Source: Gammaproteobacteria bacterium (GTDB taxonomy: Bacteria; Pseudomonadota; Gammaproteobacteria; Eutrophobiales; Eutrophobiaceae). Taken from it: a stretch of 64,000 nt of DNA. The stretch covers positions 320,001 through 384,000 of the forward strand of contig CAXMWX010000005.1 of NCBI GenBank assembly GCA_963422205.2, in the 5' to 3' direction. The first letter of the stretch is position 1, and each line of letters starts with the position of its first letter. A program made the translations under genes and the position numbers. The notes under the pieces were generated by a model. It saw only the letters and a list, made by a program, of their open reading frames with translations, made no database searches and was not told the DNA's origin. Shown here piece after piece: positions 20,801-31,240 of this stretch.

Positions 20801-22380
20801 CACTGCTGACCACCAACAGGCCGCGTGCGGTCTCGCCTGCGGTGCGGATGCTGCCACCGCTAAAGGTCGCCGATGCGGTGCCACTGGTACTGCGACTAGC
20901 GAGCGCCACTCCGTGCCCCCGCGGGCCGCGGGTGGTGATGCTGCCGCCGGTGATCTCGGCGGTGAGGCTGGCGGTGGTCGCGCTGTCGTTGTTGGTGGCA
21001 AAGAGTCCGTAGGCTTCGGCGGCGGTGATGGTTGCGGTCGAGCCCCCATTACCACCCCACATATACAGGCCACTCGAACCATCCCCGGTGGTGGTGATGC
21101 TGCCGCTGAATAGTTCCATCCGCGCCGTGCCGCCAGCGCCTCTTTGGAGAGCAAATACGCCACGCGAATACCTGCCGCTGGCGGTAATCACGCCGTTACC
21201 GTTCATGATGGCGGTTGAGGAATTATTATCGGTGTCTGCCGACACGCCATGGCTAAAATTGCCGCTGGTGGTGATGCTGCCGCCACTGAACCTGGCCGTA
21301 GCCGTGGCGTTGCTAAAAGTGCCAAAGAGAATGCCGAAGCTGCTGGCTAACACCCCGTGACCCGAGTCGCCATTGGTGATGATGCCGCCGCCCATGCCGA
21401 TGCTGGCCTCCCCGGTGCTGGTGCTGTGACTGTGTAGCCCGTAGGCGGTGCGGCTGGGGTCGCCCCCCCCATCGCCAGAGGTGATGCCGCCGCCGCTCAT
21501 CAGGATACTGATTTCATTGTCTTTTACCGATGGCACGGGGGGTGCTGCAACGCCCGTGGCATTGCCATTGAGCGTCGCCTGCGGGAGGTTAGCGGTGCTG
21601 GCACTCACGCCGTGGGCACCGAAGCTCATGGTGGTGATGGTGCCAGCCGCCAGCGTGACGTTGACATCGCCGCTGCCAAAGTGGCGGGCAAGCAGCCCAT
21701 GCGCCCGCTGGTTGGTGGTGGTGATGGTATCAAAACGGGTGGCGTTGATGGTGATGGGGGCGCTGGAGGTGGGGGAGCCAAGCACCACCACTGCATCGCC
21801 GTTGGAGTTGAACAAGTTAGGAAGAGCTTCTCCCACCCGACTGATGTCGCGACTCAGGCCCAATGTATCGATGCCTGCGCCGCTGGTGCGGATGCGTAAC
21901 ATCGCATCGTTCAGGTTTAGGGTCAACCCATCTACGCCCAGGCCATTGTAGACCGTGGTGCCCTGCACCAACCCGTAGGTGATGTTGTTTGTGGGGGTGG
22001 TGTAAGTGGTGGTGGTGCAGGTGACTGTGTTGCTATCTGCCGGAATCGCCCCGCATTCTGCCTCCGCATGGGACTGCTTGGGGTTGATCATGGGGCCGAT
22101 AAGCAGGGCAAAGGCGGCAAGCCTTGCCTTGTATCGGAAATTGGTGGAATTGGGTTTTAGGTGGTTCTTTAGGTAGCTCTTATATAAGTAGCCCCTATAT
22201 AAATATCTCCCGTAGAAATATTCTCTTAATAATCTTATAAATTTTTGATTTAATTGGTTTTTTATTTGTGGGTGGGGGGTAGATTGATAAACCGCAGGCA
22301 GTAGAGAAGCGGCTGCCCAACTGTTGGTTGTCTGGCATGGCGGTGGTGTAAAGGTATTCGCTGGTGGTGTGATTTATCAT
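17848..22380 (-). pseudogene. large autotransporter/adhesin (Gly/Thr-rich beta-helix, RTX-like GGxGxD repeats, Pro-rich linker, beta-barrel), split by frameshifts near 19459 and 22275
   Basis: ORF 19371..22091 is the passenger, ORF 17848..19431 the barrel ending VRLEYAY; GDDNDTVTMDG resumes after a 1-nt shift; AGGAG RBS precedes ATG 22380 in another frame. Confidence 0.8.
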
Positions 22381-22448
22381 GGTCATGCTCCTGTCGTTTG
22401 TTAAGCCTAGGGTATTTGTCATTGGTGGGTCGGACGTTGCCTGTCGGG

Positions 22449-22910
22449 TTACTGGCTGAACAGCTTCCAGAACATGGCCAGGGTAAAAGCCAGATTGAAA
22501 CCGACCATCCAGTGAACCAGATTGATCTTGGCCGTTAGTTTAGTATCTACGTTGTCGATCTTGGCATCCAGCCTGGTTACGTCATCCTTCAAGCCTTGTG
22601 TATCTTTTTTCACCTCGTCCTTGAATGCCTGCATGTCGTCCTTCAAGCCTTGCGTATCCGCTTTCACCTCGTCCTTGAATGCCTGCATGTCATCCTTCAA
22701 GCCTTGTGCATCTTTTTTCACCTCCTCTTTGAATACCTGCATGTCGTCCTTCAGCTTCTGAATATCCTCTTTGGTCGCTACCCGAGTATTCAGGGCTTCA
22801 CTAAAAGCATCGTTAATGGCCTCCGCTTCGGCCTCAGCCTGCCGTTCAGGGACGCCGACCTCTTTCAGTCGGCGGGTAAATTTCAGTGTGTCAAAGGCGA
22901 CTTGGCTCAT
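22449..22910 (-). CDS. DUF1640/CCDC90-like coiled-coil protein with C-terminal TM anchor and 18-aa internal repeats
   Basis: AFDTLKFTRRLKEVGVPERQAEA, VATKEDI, LVHWMVG. Confidence 0.85.
   Translation of the reverse strand: MSQVAFDTLKFTRRLKEVGVPERQAEAEAEAINDAFSEALNTRVATKEDIQKLKDDMQVFKEEVKKDAQGLKDDMQAFKDEVKADTQGLKDDMQAFKDEVKKDTQGLKDDVTRLDAKIDNVDTKLTAKINLVHWMVGFNLAFTLAMFWKLFSQ
22575..22753 (-). repeat. 54-bp tandem coding repeat, about 3.3 copies
   Basis: LKDDMQ(V/A)FK(E/D)EVK(K/A)D(A/T)QG units. Confidence 0.85.
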
Positions 22911-22969
22911 GGGTTCAGTGACTCTTTGTTGTCATGGCGTTGATGAGGGCTTTGCGTTTTTTCATATTT

Positions 22970-23236
22970 TTATCCTGAGAATGCCTTGATGACCAGACTG
23001 GCGACACCGGCGATCAGCACACCAAACATCCAGTAAATGTGATTGATCTTGCCCTCCAGACGCTCGATATTGGCCTGCATCTGCCCTCGCAGACGTTCGA
23101 CTTCCGTTTGTATCTTGCCTTCCAGACGTTCAATGTCGGCCTTGGTGGCAACGCCCTGATCCACGTATTCGGTGATGGCCTCCACCTGCTCACGGGAGAA
23201 ACCGGCGTCTTCAAGTTTGAATGCGGCGTTGGTCAT
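22970..23236 (-). CDS. DUF1640-like coiled-coil membrane-anchored protein
   Basis: LEDAGFSREQVEA, VATKADIERLE repeats, IYWMFGVLIAG. Confidence 0.8.
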   Translation of the reverse strand: MTNAAFKLEDAGFSREQVEAITEYVDQGVATKADIERLEGKIQTEVERLRGQMQANIERLEGKINHIYWMFGVLIAGVASLVIKAFSG

Positions 23237-23281
23237 AGTGGTGTTCCTCTTCGGTTATGATGCTGTTTTCGCAAGCGCGGG

Positions 23282-23400
23282 TCAGGCTGCCGGAATGAAC
23301 AGCTTCCAGAGTATACCCATGGTCAGAATGAAATTAAAGCCGGACATCCATTTCAGTAAACGCTGCTCGGCCCGGACTTGAGAGAGGTGTTCAAGGCCGC
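23282..23400 (-). pseudogene. C-terminal remnant of a third DUF1640-like gene
   Basis: VRAEQRLLKWMSGFNFILTMGILWKLF resembles LVHWMVGFNLAFTLAMFWKLF of 22449..22910. Confidence 0.6.
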
Positions 23401-23499
23401 CGTCGATTATTATCGGAACAACGCTTCCCCTTAGCTGGCCCTTAGCTGGTTGCCGGTGTGCCGGTCCGCCTCTGCATCCATTGGCTTGAGCCCCGTAAA

Positions 23500-23634
23500 G
23501 CTGCAAGTTTTGAAACACGCGATGCGGTACATAAAGGCATGGCATTGGAAGATGAGCGTTATAAAGATCAGATTGAGGCAAACCCGGGGAGGCGGATGCG
23601 GGTGCGGCCTGGAAGAGCAGGCGCTGACCAAAGG
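23500..23634 (+). mobile_element. C-terminal relic of a Y1/RAYT-like (IS200-fold) transposase
   Basis: ETRDAVHKGMALEDERYKDQIEANPGRRMRVRPGR resembles the recalled Y1 C-terminus (IR.A.NKG.ALG.ERF..QIE...GRR..PG..GRP); followed directly by a TACTCT(G/A)ACCCC repeat. Confidence 0.6.
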
Positions 23635-23903
23635 AAATGTTACTCTAACCCCAATTATCGCATCTTCATCGCCATTGTAGGTACTGGCATGAATGAAATG
23701 ATATTTTGTCCCGCAAGGTTTAATCGATCCCTTCATAGCTATTGTTTGGATTAACCATAGATAGAAACCCTATAGTGGCACATCACCGTCTCCTTGCACA
23801 TTTAGATTTGATGCTATGGTCAAAAAACTAGTAAGAGGAAAATAAATTTCATAATTAGAGATTCAAGTTATGAGGTTTGTCTTGTACTTAGGTTAGGATT
23901 TAG

Positions 23904-24232
23904 CTAAATCCCTAACACGAGAATACATAGGCCGAACAGAAAAAATAATCCTTGACCGATACCAGCAATACGCACTGGAACAGCGCCAAAGGGATCTTTA
24001 TCACTATCATAAAGTGGCCAAGGGGCTGTGAGTAGTACTACAACACCACAAATTAACACCACAAATTGCACTGATCAAGAAAGGTACGAGTATAAATTTA
24101 ATACTACAGCTTGCCAGATCCGCATTTTCTTCTGCGAAAGCCGCTAAGAAGGCTATTAGAGCCACACAAATGGTTATTTGCTGCTTGACTACCTCAAGGG
24201 TTATGTCTATGCGCTTTTCTTCTCTATCCACA
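23904..24232 (-). pseudogene. small multi-TM membrane protein disrupted by a 13-bp tandem duplication
   Basis: AACACCACAAATT x2 at 24042-24067; removing one copy restores ...AICGVVVLLTAPWPLY...GLFFLFGLCILVLGI*. Confidence 0.7.
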
Positions 24233-24562
24233 CTAATTCCGAGTAGTCGGGGGTGTACAAACAAACATAATCCCACACTCTCGAATTGCCTCTATAAGGT
24301 CATCTAAAACTGCTTCTGTGCGACCATGGGTATTAGTTATATTTGCTATGCGGCGACCAAAAAACTCATATTGTGAAGATATGAAATCTGAAGAATAGGG
24401 TTCTGCTGTGGGGAGCGACAGATAAAGCCGTAAGGCGTTTTGGATGTAGTCTCCAGCAAGTCCTTCAATCTCACCAGAAGAAATCTGTCTGCGCTCTTGA
24501 ATTGAAAAAAAAGCGCGATGCGCCTTAGTAGAAATGTCTTCGAGTTCGTCTATTGATGCCAT
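24233..24562 (-). CDS. hypothetical protein (cassette cargo)
   Basis: 109-aa AT-rich ORF whose stop abuts the GTG start of the membrane gene. Confidence 0.6.
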   Translation of the reverse strand: MASIDELEDISTKAHRAFFSIQERRQISSGEIEGLAGDYIQNALRLYLSLPTAEPYSSDFISSQYEFFGRRIANITNTHGRTEAVLDDLIEAIRECGIMFVCTPPTTRN

Positions 24563-24647
24563 TAATTTAGAGCCAAGTTTTGTGTTTTCTTAATAATTGA
24601 ATAACTGGGGTCAGAGTAACATTTTTTGCACCTGGCCTCAAGGATGA

Positions 24648-25045
24648 GTATGAGTCCACCGCCTAATCAATCGCAACAAAAAATGCAATATGTGGTGGAC
24701 TCATACAGCACAGCGTCTTAAGTGTGCTGACATTCTGGGACAAGCATGGTTTAGCCGCCACCCTTGACCACAGTGGCAGTGGTTCGACAAGCTCACCCAC
24801 CAGAGCCGCCGTACCCTGTATGCCTGGCGCAAAGCCTACCGCGAGTGGGGACTGTCTGGCTTGTGTCCGACCCCCAAAGCACCGAAGCGCACTCGTCGCT
24901 GACCACAAGCGGTTATCCAGCAGATACGCCAACGGCGCCAAGACCTGCCCAATCTGGGCAAAGAGCAGTGCCAGGTGCTGATCAAACCCTGGTGTCAGGC
25001 CAGGGGATTGCCCTGTCCCAGTGCCTCCACCATCGGTCGCCCCTT
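24648..25045 (+). mobile_element. IS481-like transposase relic (right-end fragment joined to an N-terminal fragment)
   Basis: NRNKKCNMWWTHT ending ...CTCATACA, then VLTFWDKHGLAATLD...SRRTLYAWRKAYREWGLSGLCPTPKAPKRTRR*...PNLGKE...CPSASTIGR. Confidence 0.75.
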
Positions 25046-25074
25046 CCGATGCAGTGCATTACAGATTCTGAGTT

Positions 25075-25594
25075 GGATGGTACCGGGCCCATCGGGCTGG
25101 CGACAGCTTACTGGGCAAAATTTTTAGGCGCCCGACATGTGATTGTCAGTGAACTGGATCGCAACCGCCTAAGCATGGCGGAAAATTTCTGTGCCACCGG
25201 AATCATCGATTCGAATAAGGAAGAAGTGAAGCCACAATTTGAAAAGCTGTCCGGCAGCACGCCCGATGTAATATTCGAGTGCGTTGGCATCCCCGGCATG
25301 ATAGAGTAGTGCGTTGCGTTGGCGGCCCATGGCAGCAGCGTGGTGGTAGGTTATTGTATGCAGCAGGACAGTTTTACTCCGGCCGATACCATGGCAAAAG
25401 AAATTATCATGCACTTTGCCACGGCTTACACGCAGCAGGATTTTCAGTTGGTGACAGACATGATCGCATCAAACCGGGTTGATGCGGAAGTGCTGCATAC
25501 CGACACTGTCGCTTTTGATCGGTTCTCCGAGGTGTTTGAAAGTCTACGCCGCCCAAACCCGCCACGTAAAGTGTTGCTTGATCCGCAGCAGTAG
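25075..25594 (+). pseudogene. Zn-dependent alcohol dehydrogenase, C-terminal half with internal stop
   Basis: GTGPIGL, PDVIFECVG, KVLLDP; TAG at 25307. Confidence 0.75.
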
Positions 25595-25612
25595 CAGCAA
25601 GGCCATGCCACA

Positions 25613-26365
25613 TTATTCAATACCGCTCGCCCAGCGGATGCCCCGGCGTAACAACTCATAATACACGGGTAATTCCCAGCTACAGCGATCAATCTGTGGG
25701 TATTCTTCCATTAAGGGCTGCATGTCGTATTTGCCCCGGCAATGCCCAAGGGTGAGATACAACACTTCCCCCTTAGCATAGGGATGCAAGTAAAAAACCA
25801 GATGCGGCCGCTCGGATTGCCAGTCATGCTCCTCAAAATCCGGTACGTCTCCTTTGAAATAACAGTGCAGCAGCGCCTTGTGCTCACCATGATATTCCTG
25901 CAGGTATAATTCATCCACTGTAGTAAAAGGCTCAATGCCGTCCACCAGAGGATGTTTGGGATCAGAGACGTGTACCGCAAACTCACCAACAGGCGGATGG
26001 GCGATAAACTGACTGCCCAGCATCGACATATAATCCGGCGCTGTGCGTGGTGCACCCACCAACAGCGGATCAAAACTCAGCCAGCGGATAATGGAGTTCG
26101 TACCGTGCAGGGCAAACCAGCGCTTGCCGGCGCCAAGAAACTTTTTCAGGGTGTGCAGCTCAGCATCGCCTGGCACGACATCACAGGTGTAAGTAATAAG
26201 AAAATCCACTTTTTCTATCGCTTCGACATCACGATAGTCTTGTGCAACCCTGACCCGAATACACTCATGCTCATACAACAGTTTCAATAATTCAAGGCGG
26301 GCAAAATCAAAATCATGGTATTTACCGCCACAAATCAAGCCGGCATCTATACGCTTACCGCTCAT
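25613..26365 (-). CDS. ThuA-like (class I glutamine amidotransferase fold) protein
   Basis: GGKYHDFDFARLELL, WFALHG, LGSQFIAHPP, DELYL, YLTLGHCRG. Confidence 0.8.
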   Translation of the reverse strand: MSGKRIDAGLICGGKYHDFDFARLELLKLLYEHECIRVRVAQDYRDVEAIEKVDFLITYTCDVVPGDAELHTLKKFLGAGKRWFALHGTNSIIRWLSFDPLLVGAPRTAPDYMSMLGSQFIAHPPVGEFAVHVSDPKHPLVDGIEPFTTVDELYLQEYHGEHKALLHCYFKGDVPDFEEHDWQSERPHLVFYLHPYAKGEVLYLTLGHCRGKYDMQPLMEEYPQIDRCSWELPVYYELLRRGIRWASGIE

Positions 26366-27040
26366 GTCAACAGATTAATTTTTTCAGCACCCATGGCCAG
26401 GATTCAGCACTTGTCGTCTTATGCCAGTTTATCAAATTCCATGTATAATGCTTCAATACCTCGGAGCAGTATATTCGGGGAATGCTCAGGGAGCCGCTTT
26501 CCTTGCGCCAGACGGATATTATCCATGCGCGCCAGGATTCTGCGAAACGCACAATTTACTTCTTCATCTCGCCAGCAATGCACCAATGCATGTGTGAATA
26601 CCTTTACTAAAAGCCATGTGTGGTTTCGTAAACTGCCGGGTAATATCAAACTTTTCAGGATCATCGAAGCGGGCTTCATCGCGATTTGCCGAACCGAAGC
26701 GTAACAACAGTTGACTACCGGCGGGAATATTCACGCCGCCCAAAACAGTATCTTCTGCAGCAACATCAGCATGCCGCTGGAAATCGTATCGGTGGTCGTC
26801 ACATTACCGGCCACGATGAAATGCGTCCGCCCATTTTTTGACCTGCGGTACTTCTTCAAGTGGTACCCCCATTTGCTCGGCAATGATGGAACGACCCAGC
26901 ATGGCCTCTTTGTTTCTGCTGGAGAAGACGTCAGGGTTCATCAGCACCTGTTCCACCAGTTCATAGGTAAAAACCAAAAACACATCCTGCTCCGGCACTT
27001 TATATACGGGTGCCTGTTGCCGGGCGATTGCATTCACCGC
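26362..27040 (-). pseudogene. cytochrome P450, internally deleted and frameshifted
   Basis: HMAFSKGIHTCIGA heme motif near 26580-26620, FGSANRDEA motif, N-terminal RQQAPVYKV. Confidence 0.8.
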
Positions 27041-27318
27041 AAACGGTTTCTTCAGCGCATCCGCCGCAAAAAATCAATTTCATTGATGGCAGCTACCATA
27101 GCAATTTTTATCAGATTTGAAAGATGAACCGACATTAAAAAACTGCATTATTCTATCGGCATAACAAAATAAAAACAAACGGATCAGTCGGTTTTTATTC
27201 CTATCATCAATGATTATAAGGACAGGCAGTGACACAGCTTTCGGAAAAACGTATCATCGCTACCAGGGCTGCAAGCGGCATATTGAAACACTAAAGTCCG
27301 GTGACAATGGTAAAATTA

Positions 27319-27790
27319 TCAAAACATGGCGTTGCCAGCATGATAGCGAGTAGGGCCGAAGGTCTGCTCTTCATTAATATTTTTAAGTGCGCCATCCAGA
27401 GCAAAACGCCAGCCGTGATAAGGACAGCTTAACAGACGAGATGAACCGCACCCCTCTTTCAAACGGGCACGGCGATGTCTACAGGCATTTAGAAATGCAT
27501 GGAATTCACCGCTATCATCCCGGCTTAATAACAGCGGTACACCTAAATCGTTGTGGCGCCTGAAATCGCCGGGATTGAGCAGAGCCGATGAGAAACAAAT
27601 CAAATGTGGGGATTTTGTGAAATTTTTTCTTTTTCGATTGCGAACAATTCCGGATCGGTATACGTAGTGGCAGGATTTCGATAAGGTTTTGATTCGCTGG
27701 CCGTTGCACCCGCATCGTGATAGCCCGGTAAACGCCTGGCAATATCGGCTAAATAGGCACGTTCATCGATTGATGAATTTCCGAATAACT
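27319..27790 (-). pseudogene. Rieske non-heme oxygenase alpha subunit fragment
   Basis: AFLNACRHR...CPYHGWRF Rieske motif; catalytic domain missing. Confidence 0.75.
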
Positions 27791-27930
27791 TGACAATCTG
27801 TTTATTACACTGTGCTTATTATATTTAAGTATATTATTTTTCTTTACCAGTATACAGAAAAACAGGCCGGCCTGTTTGTTTCTTTTCACATGGCATACAA
27901 AATAGCCGAAGATGTAATATCCGTTAGCGG

Positions 27931-28830
27931 TTGATAACAAAAACCAGGGAATTTAACGTGGATGCCAGCAATGTCGATACCCTGGTTTATCATCTGGGGC
28001 TGACCGGTATCCCCTTTATGAATGTGGCGAATGGCTGTGCTACTGGCGGCAGCGCCTTGTTGAGCGCCATGAATCCCACCCGTGCAGGTCAATACGATAT
28101 GGGCCTGGGCAAATGGTATGGAGAGATCGGGCTCGCCCTGACCACACAGTTTTTCGCCATGAAGTTACAACGCTACATGTATGATCATGGTATTGGCGCA
28201 GACTCTCTGGTGAGAGTGGCGGAGAGAGCCTACCGGAATGGTGCCGCACACCGTTAAGCTATGAGGCGATCGCCAACTCTCCGATGCTGAATTATCCGCT
28301 GAGAAAATATATGTTTTGCTCGCCATCGGAAGGCAGCGTGGCGTTGCTTGTATGCAATGCCAGACAGGCCCCACGTTATACCGCCAAACCTGTCATACGC
28401 AAGGCCGGCGTGATGTGCCCCCGCCGCTTCGGTACCTTTGAGGTATTCAGTGCCAGTAAATCATTAGTCGATACGCCCGGCCCGACAAGCGATGCTTCAA
28501 AAGCAGCCTGTGAAATCGCCAGGCTGGGGCCCGGAAGACATGGATGTTGTCCAACTTCAGGATAGCGATTCCGGTGCGAAAATCATGCACATGGCTGAAA
28601 ACAGTTTTGTAAAGATGGCGAGCAGACACAGTTACTGCGTGACGGGCAGACACAAATCATCGGCCGCCTGCCGATCAATACGGACGGTGGCTGTCTGGCA
28701 ACTGGTGAGCCGATTGGCGCACCGAGGCTGAGACAGGTGTATGAGATATGCCTGCAACTGCGGGGTGAGGCCGGTGAGCATCAGGTGTCCGGCAAGCCCG
28801 GGTTTACGGCGCCCCCGGCGTTGCCAGCGT
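27931..28830 (+). pseudogene. SCP2-type thiolase (lipid-transfer thiolase) pseudogene
   Basis: NVANGCATGGSAL, MFCSPSEGSVA, VVQLQDSDSG, INTDGGCLATGEPIGA; multiple shifts and stops. Confidence 0.8.
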
Positions 28831-29001
28831 CAGCATACTGCAAAGATAAGCACGGTGATGAAGGCCGTACAGGCCGTTACGCATGGCGATATTTTCATGT
28901 CCTTGTACCATGTCCCTGTGCGCCGATGATATGGATGATAAAATGATCGGATACATATCTCTTTCAAAAACAATGTTACCAAATCCAATCAGAGGACATC
29001 C

Positions 29002-29790
29002 ATGATGAGTTTTCTAAATGATAAATCCGCCATCGTCCTGGGGGCATCGGAAAGCGGCAGCATCGGTGCTGCCATTGCCAAAAAACTGCGTGATGAGGGC
29101 GCCAGCGTAATGATTGCGGCAAGGCGCAAGGCACAGGTCAATGCACTGGCTGAAGAATTAGGTGTCATAGCCGCCGTGTGCGATATTACGCAAGAACAAC
29201 AGGTTGCAGCGCTGGCAAAAAAAGCTGTGAAGACATTCGGCAAACTCGATATTGCAGTGAATAGCGCCGGTGATGCCATCATGGGTGACATCGCCGCTGC
29301 CAATGAGGATGATATCCGCAAAGCCGTGGATATTCACTTCATCGGCCCGTTGTTCTTCTTTAAGCACATGTCGGCGGCCATTGGCGAGCATGGCTGCATG
29401 ATCACGATTTCCTCTATCACTGCAACCCGGCTGGTTGGTAATCATGCGGCCTATATGGGAGCCAAGGCAGGCACCGATCACATCGTGCGTGTTGCTGCTG
29501 TGGAGTTCGGCCCCAGAAATATTAAAGTCAATTCTGTCTCGCCCGGGTTTACCGATGACACACCCATGTCACGCCCGTTCCTGAAATTAAACGGCATGCG
29601 GGAAGTGTTTGAAAAAGAAATCCCGCTAGGAAGGCTGAATACCGCGCAGGATGTTGCCCATGTGACTGCCTGGCTGTGTCATGATGATACATTCATCACC
29701 GGCCAGAACATCCAGGCAAACGGCGGCAATACCCTGACCCGGCTGCCCAATGCGATGGAACTGGCGGCGGTTATCAAGGCGAATAACTGA
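29002..29790 (+). CDS. short-chain dehydrogenase/reductase (intact)
   Basis: VLGASESGSIG, DIAVNSAG, YMGAK, VNSVSPG. Confidence 0.9.
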   Translation: MMSFLNDKSAIVLGASESGSIGAAIAKKLRDEGASVMIAARRKAQVNALAEELGVIAAVCDITQEQQVAALAKKAVKTFGKLDIAVNSAGDAIMGDIAAANEDDIRKAVDIHFIGPLFFFKHMSAAIGEHGCMITISSITATRLVGNHAAYMGAKAGTDHIVRVAAVEFGPRNIKVNSVSPGFTDDTPMSRPFLKLNGMREVFEKEIPLGRLNTAQDVAHVTAWLCHDDTFITGQNIQANGGNTLTRLPNAMELAAVIKANN

Positions 29791-29989
29791 CATGAAGCCG
29801 CCTGCCAACAGGGCTGTTTTTCAAAACCCCCGTGGCATTGATGATCTAAAAACACGTATATGAGGCTGGATCGACAGACTCAACACCGATCTTTTTTATC
29901 CTCGATCACAGCACAGGCAGTGTTATTGTATCTGCTTCCAGGATTGAATATTCAATCCGCACCTCGTCCGGCATCGATCCTGAATGTCG

Positions 29990-30998
29990 TACCGGTAGTC
30001 TAACACGCTTCATCGGAAGCAAAAAAGACAATGGCATTCGTCACATCCTCAGAAACCCCCAGCACTTTAAGCGGCTGGCTCTCTTTATAATACTCCTGCA
30101 TCTGTTCAGCTTGCTCATCACCGTGCTCCCGCATTAGCAATTCACTCCACACTGGTCCGGGCGTCGGCACATGCACCCGTATATCCGGCACCGCATCCAG
30201 TGCCGCGGCCCTGGTCAACATCACGGCGGCGGCCTTGCCGGCATAGTAAGCTGAACATGACTCATGGCCAACCAGACCGGAAAGAGAGGCAACATTGATA
30301 ATTGAGCGGCAAGTGCCCTGCTTGTACATCAAGGCAATACCGTATTTCATTCCCAGAAAAACACTGTCCACATTAACTCGCCACATGCGCTCAAATTCTT
30401 CAGCCGTAGTCTCTTCAATGAACTTCAAAAAAAACATCCGGGCATTGTTGATCAGAATATCCAACTGAGTGAATTTATTATCTGCCGATTCCATGACACG
30501 TTGCCAATCCGCTTCTCTTGTAGCATCCTGCTGCACACACCCGGCCTGACCACCCGCCTCTTTCACCATTGCCAATGTTTCATCGGTACGCTCTTGATTC
30601 CTGCCGGTAAACAGGACTTTCGCCCCCTCTTTGACAAAACGGACAGGGGCATTGCGGCCAATGCAATATTAATGATCGATCCGCTGGCCGGTATACCTTC
30701 TTCAGCACATCTCGGCATGGCGAGGATGGCAGCACGGGTACCGATAAAAGCACCGAAGACATTGACTTTATTCACACGCTGAAACTCGTCAAAATCCATG
30801 TCGGTAATGGGTTTGAGGAGGCATATCCCGGCGTTATTTACCAATATGTCGATTCGCTTGAACGCAGACAAGATAAAATCAAACAGCGCACGCCATCCTT
30901 CTGCATCTGTCACATCCAGATGGCGGTAGCATAACCTGGCACCGGTCACAACGGCAATTTTCTCTTTAACTCGATTCATGTATATTTGTCCCCAGCCT
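29990..30998 (-). pseudogene. tandem SDR dehydrogenase remnants
   Basis: KIAVVTGA, DILVNNAG, GSIINIA, then a second DILINNA/SIINVASLSG/YYAGK; deletions and shifts. Confidence 0.75.
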
Positions 30999-31004
30999 TG
31001 CCAC

Positions 31005-31240
31005 ATTAACCGGAATAGCACTCATGCGTGGTATGCCGGTGTAGGGATCGTAATCGCTATCAACGGCAGTAAGCGACTGGTACAGGCACCCTGCCCGACC
31101 GGATCATCATCGCTACCGGGTATGCCACCCCAGCAATGGGTCATGGATATGACATCGGGGCTGGCATCTTTCGCCGCCTCCACAATGCCCTTGATCGATG
31201 CACGCGCTGAGGTAATTGCAACCATATCGCCTGCGGTCAA
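31005..31240 (-). pseudogene. molybdopterin oxidoreductase C-terminal (dinucleotide-binding) remnant
   Basis: LTAGDMVAITSARASI...VISMTHCWG...YDPYTGIPRMSAIPVNV; truncated by the IS relic. Confidence 0.7.

Larger units (their letters stand above)
23635..24624. mobile_element. AT-rich gene cassette bounded by 23-bp inverted repeats
   Basis: AAATGTTACTCTAACCCCAATTA (23635-23657) vs TAACTGGGGTCAGAGTAACATTT (24602-24624): 21/23 inverted match. Confidence 0.75.

Noticed and set aside
18508-21951. Long plus-strand ORFs (416, 346, 167 aa) and similar antisense ORFs over recA, Sel1 and dotA
   Set aside because: Shadow frames of GC-rich coding sequence with no recognisable motifs
22423-22434. TGGTGGGTCGGA as a second att copy of the tRNA-Lys 3' end
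   Set aside because: Only 9 of 12 bases match, with no T-stem continuation
23891-23917. Integron attC site (GTTAGG...CCTAAC around the palindrome GGATTTAGCTAAATCC)
   Set aside because: Core sites are in the wrong order for attC, the span is too short, and there is no integron integrase
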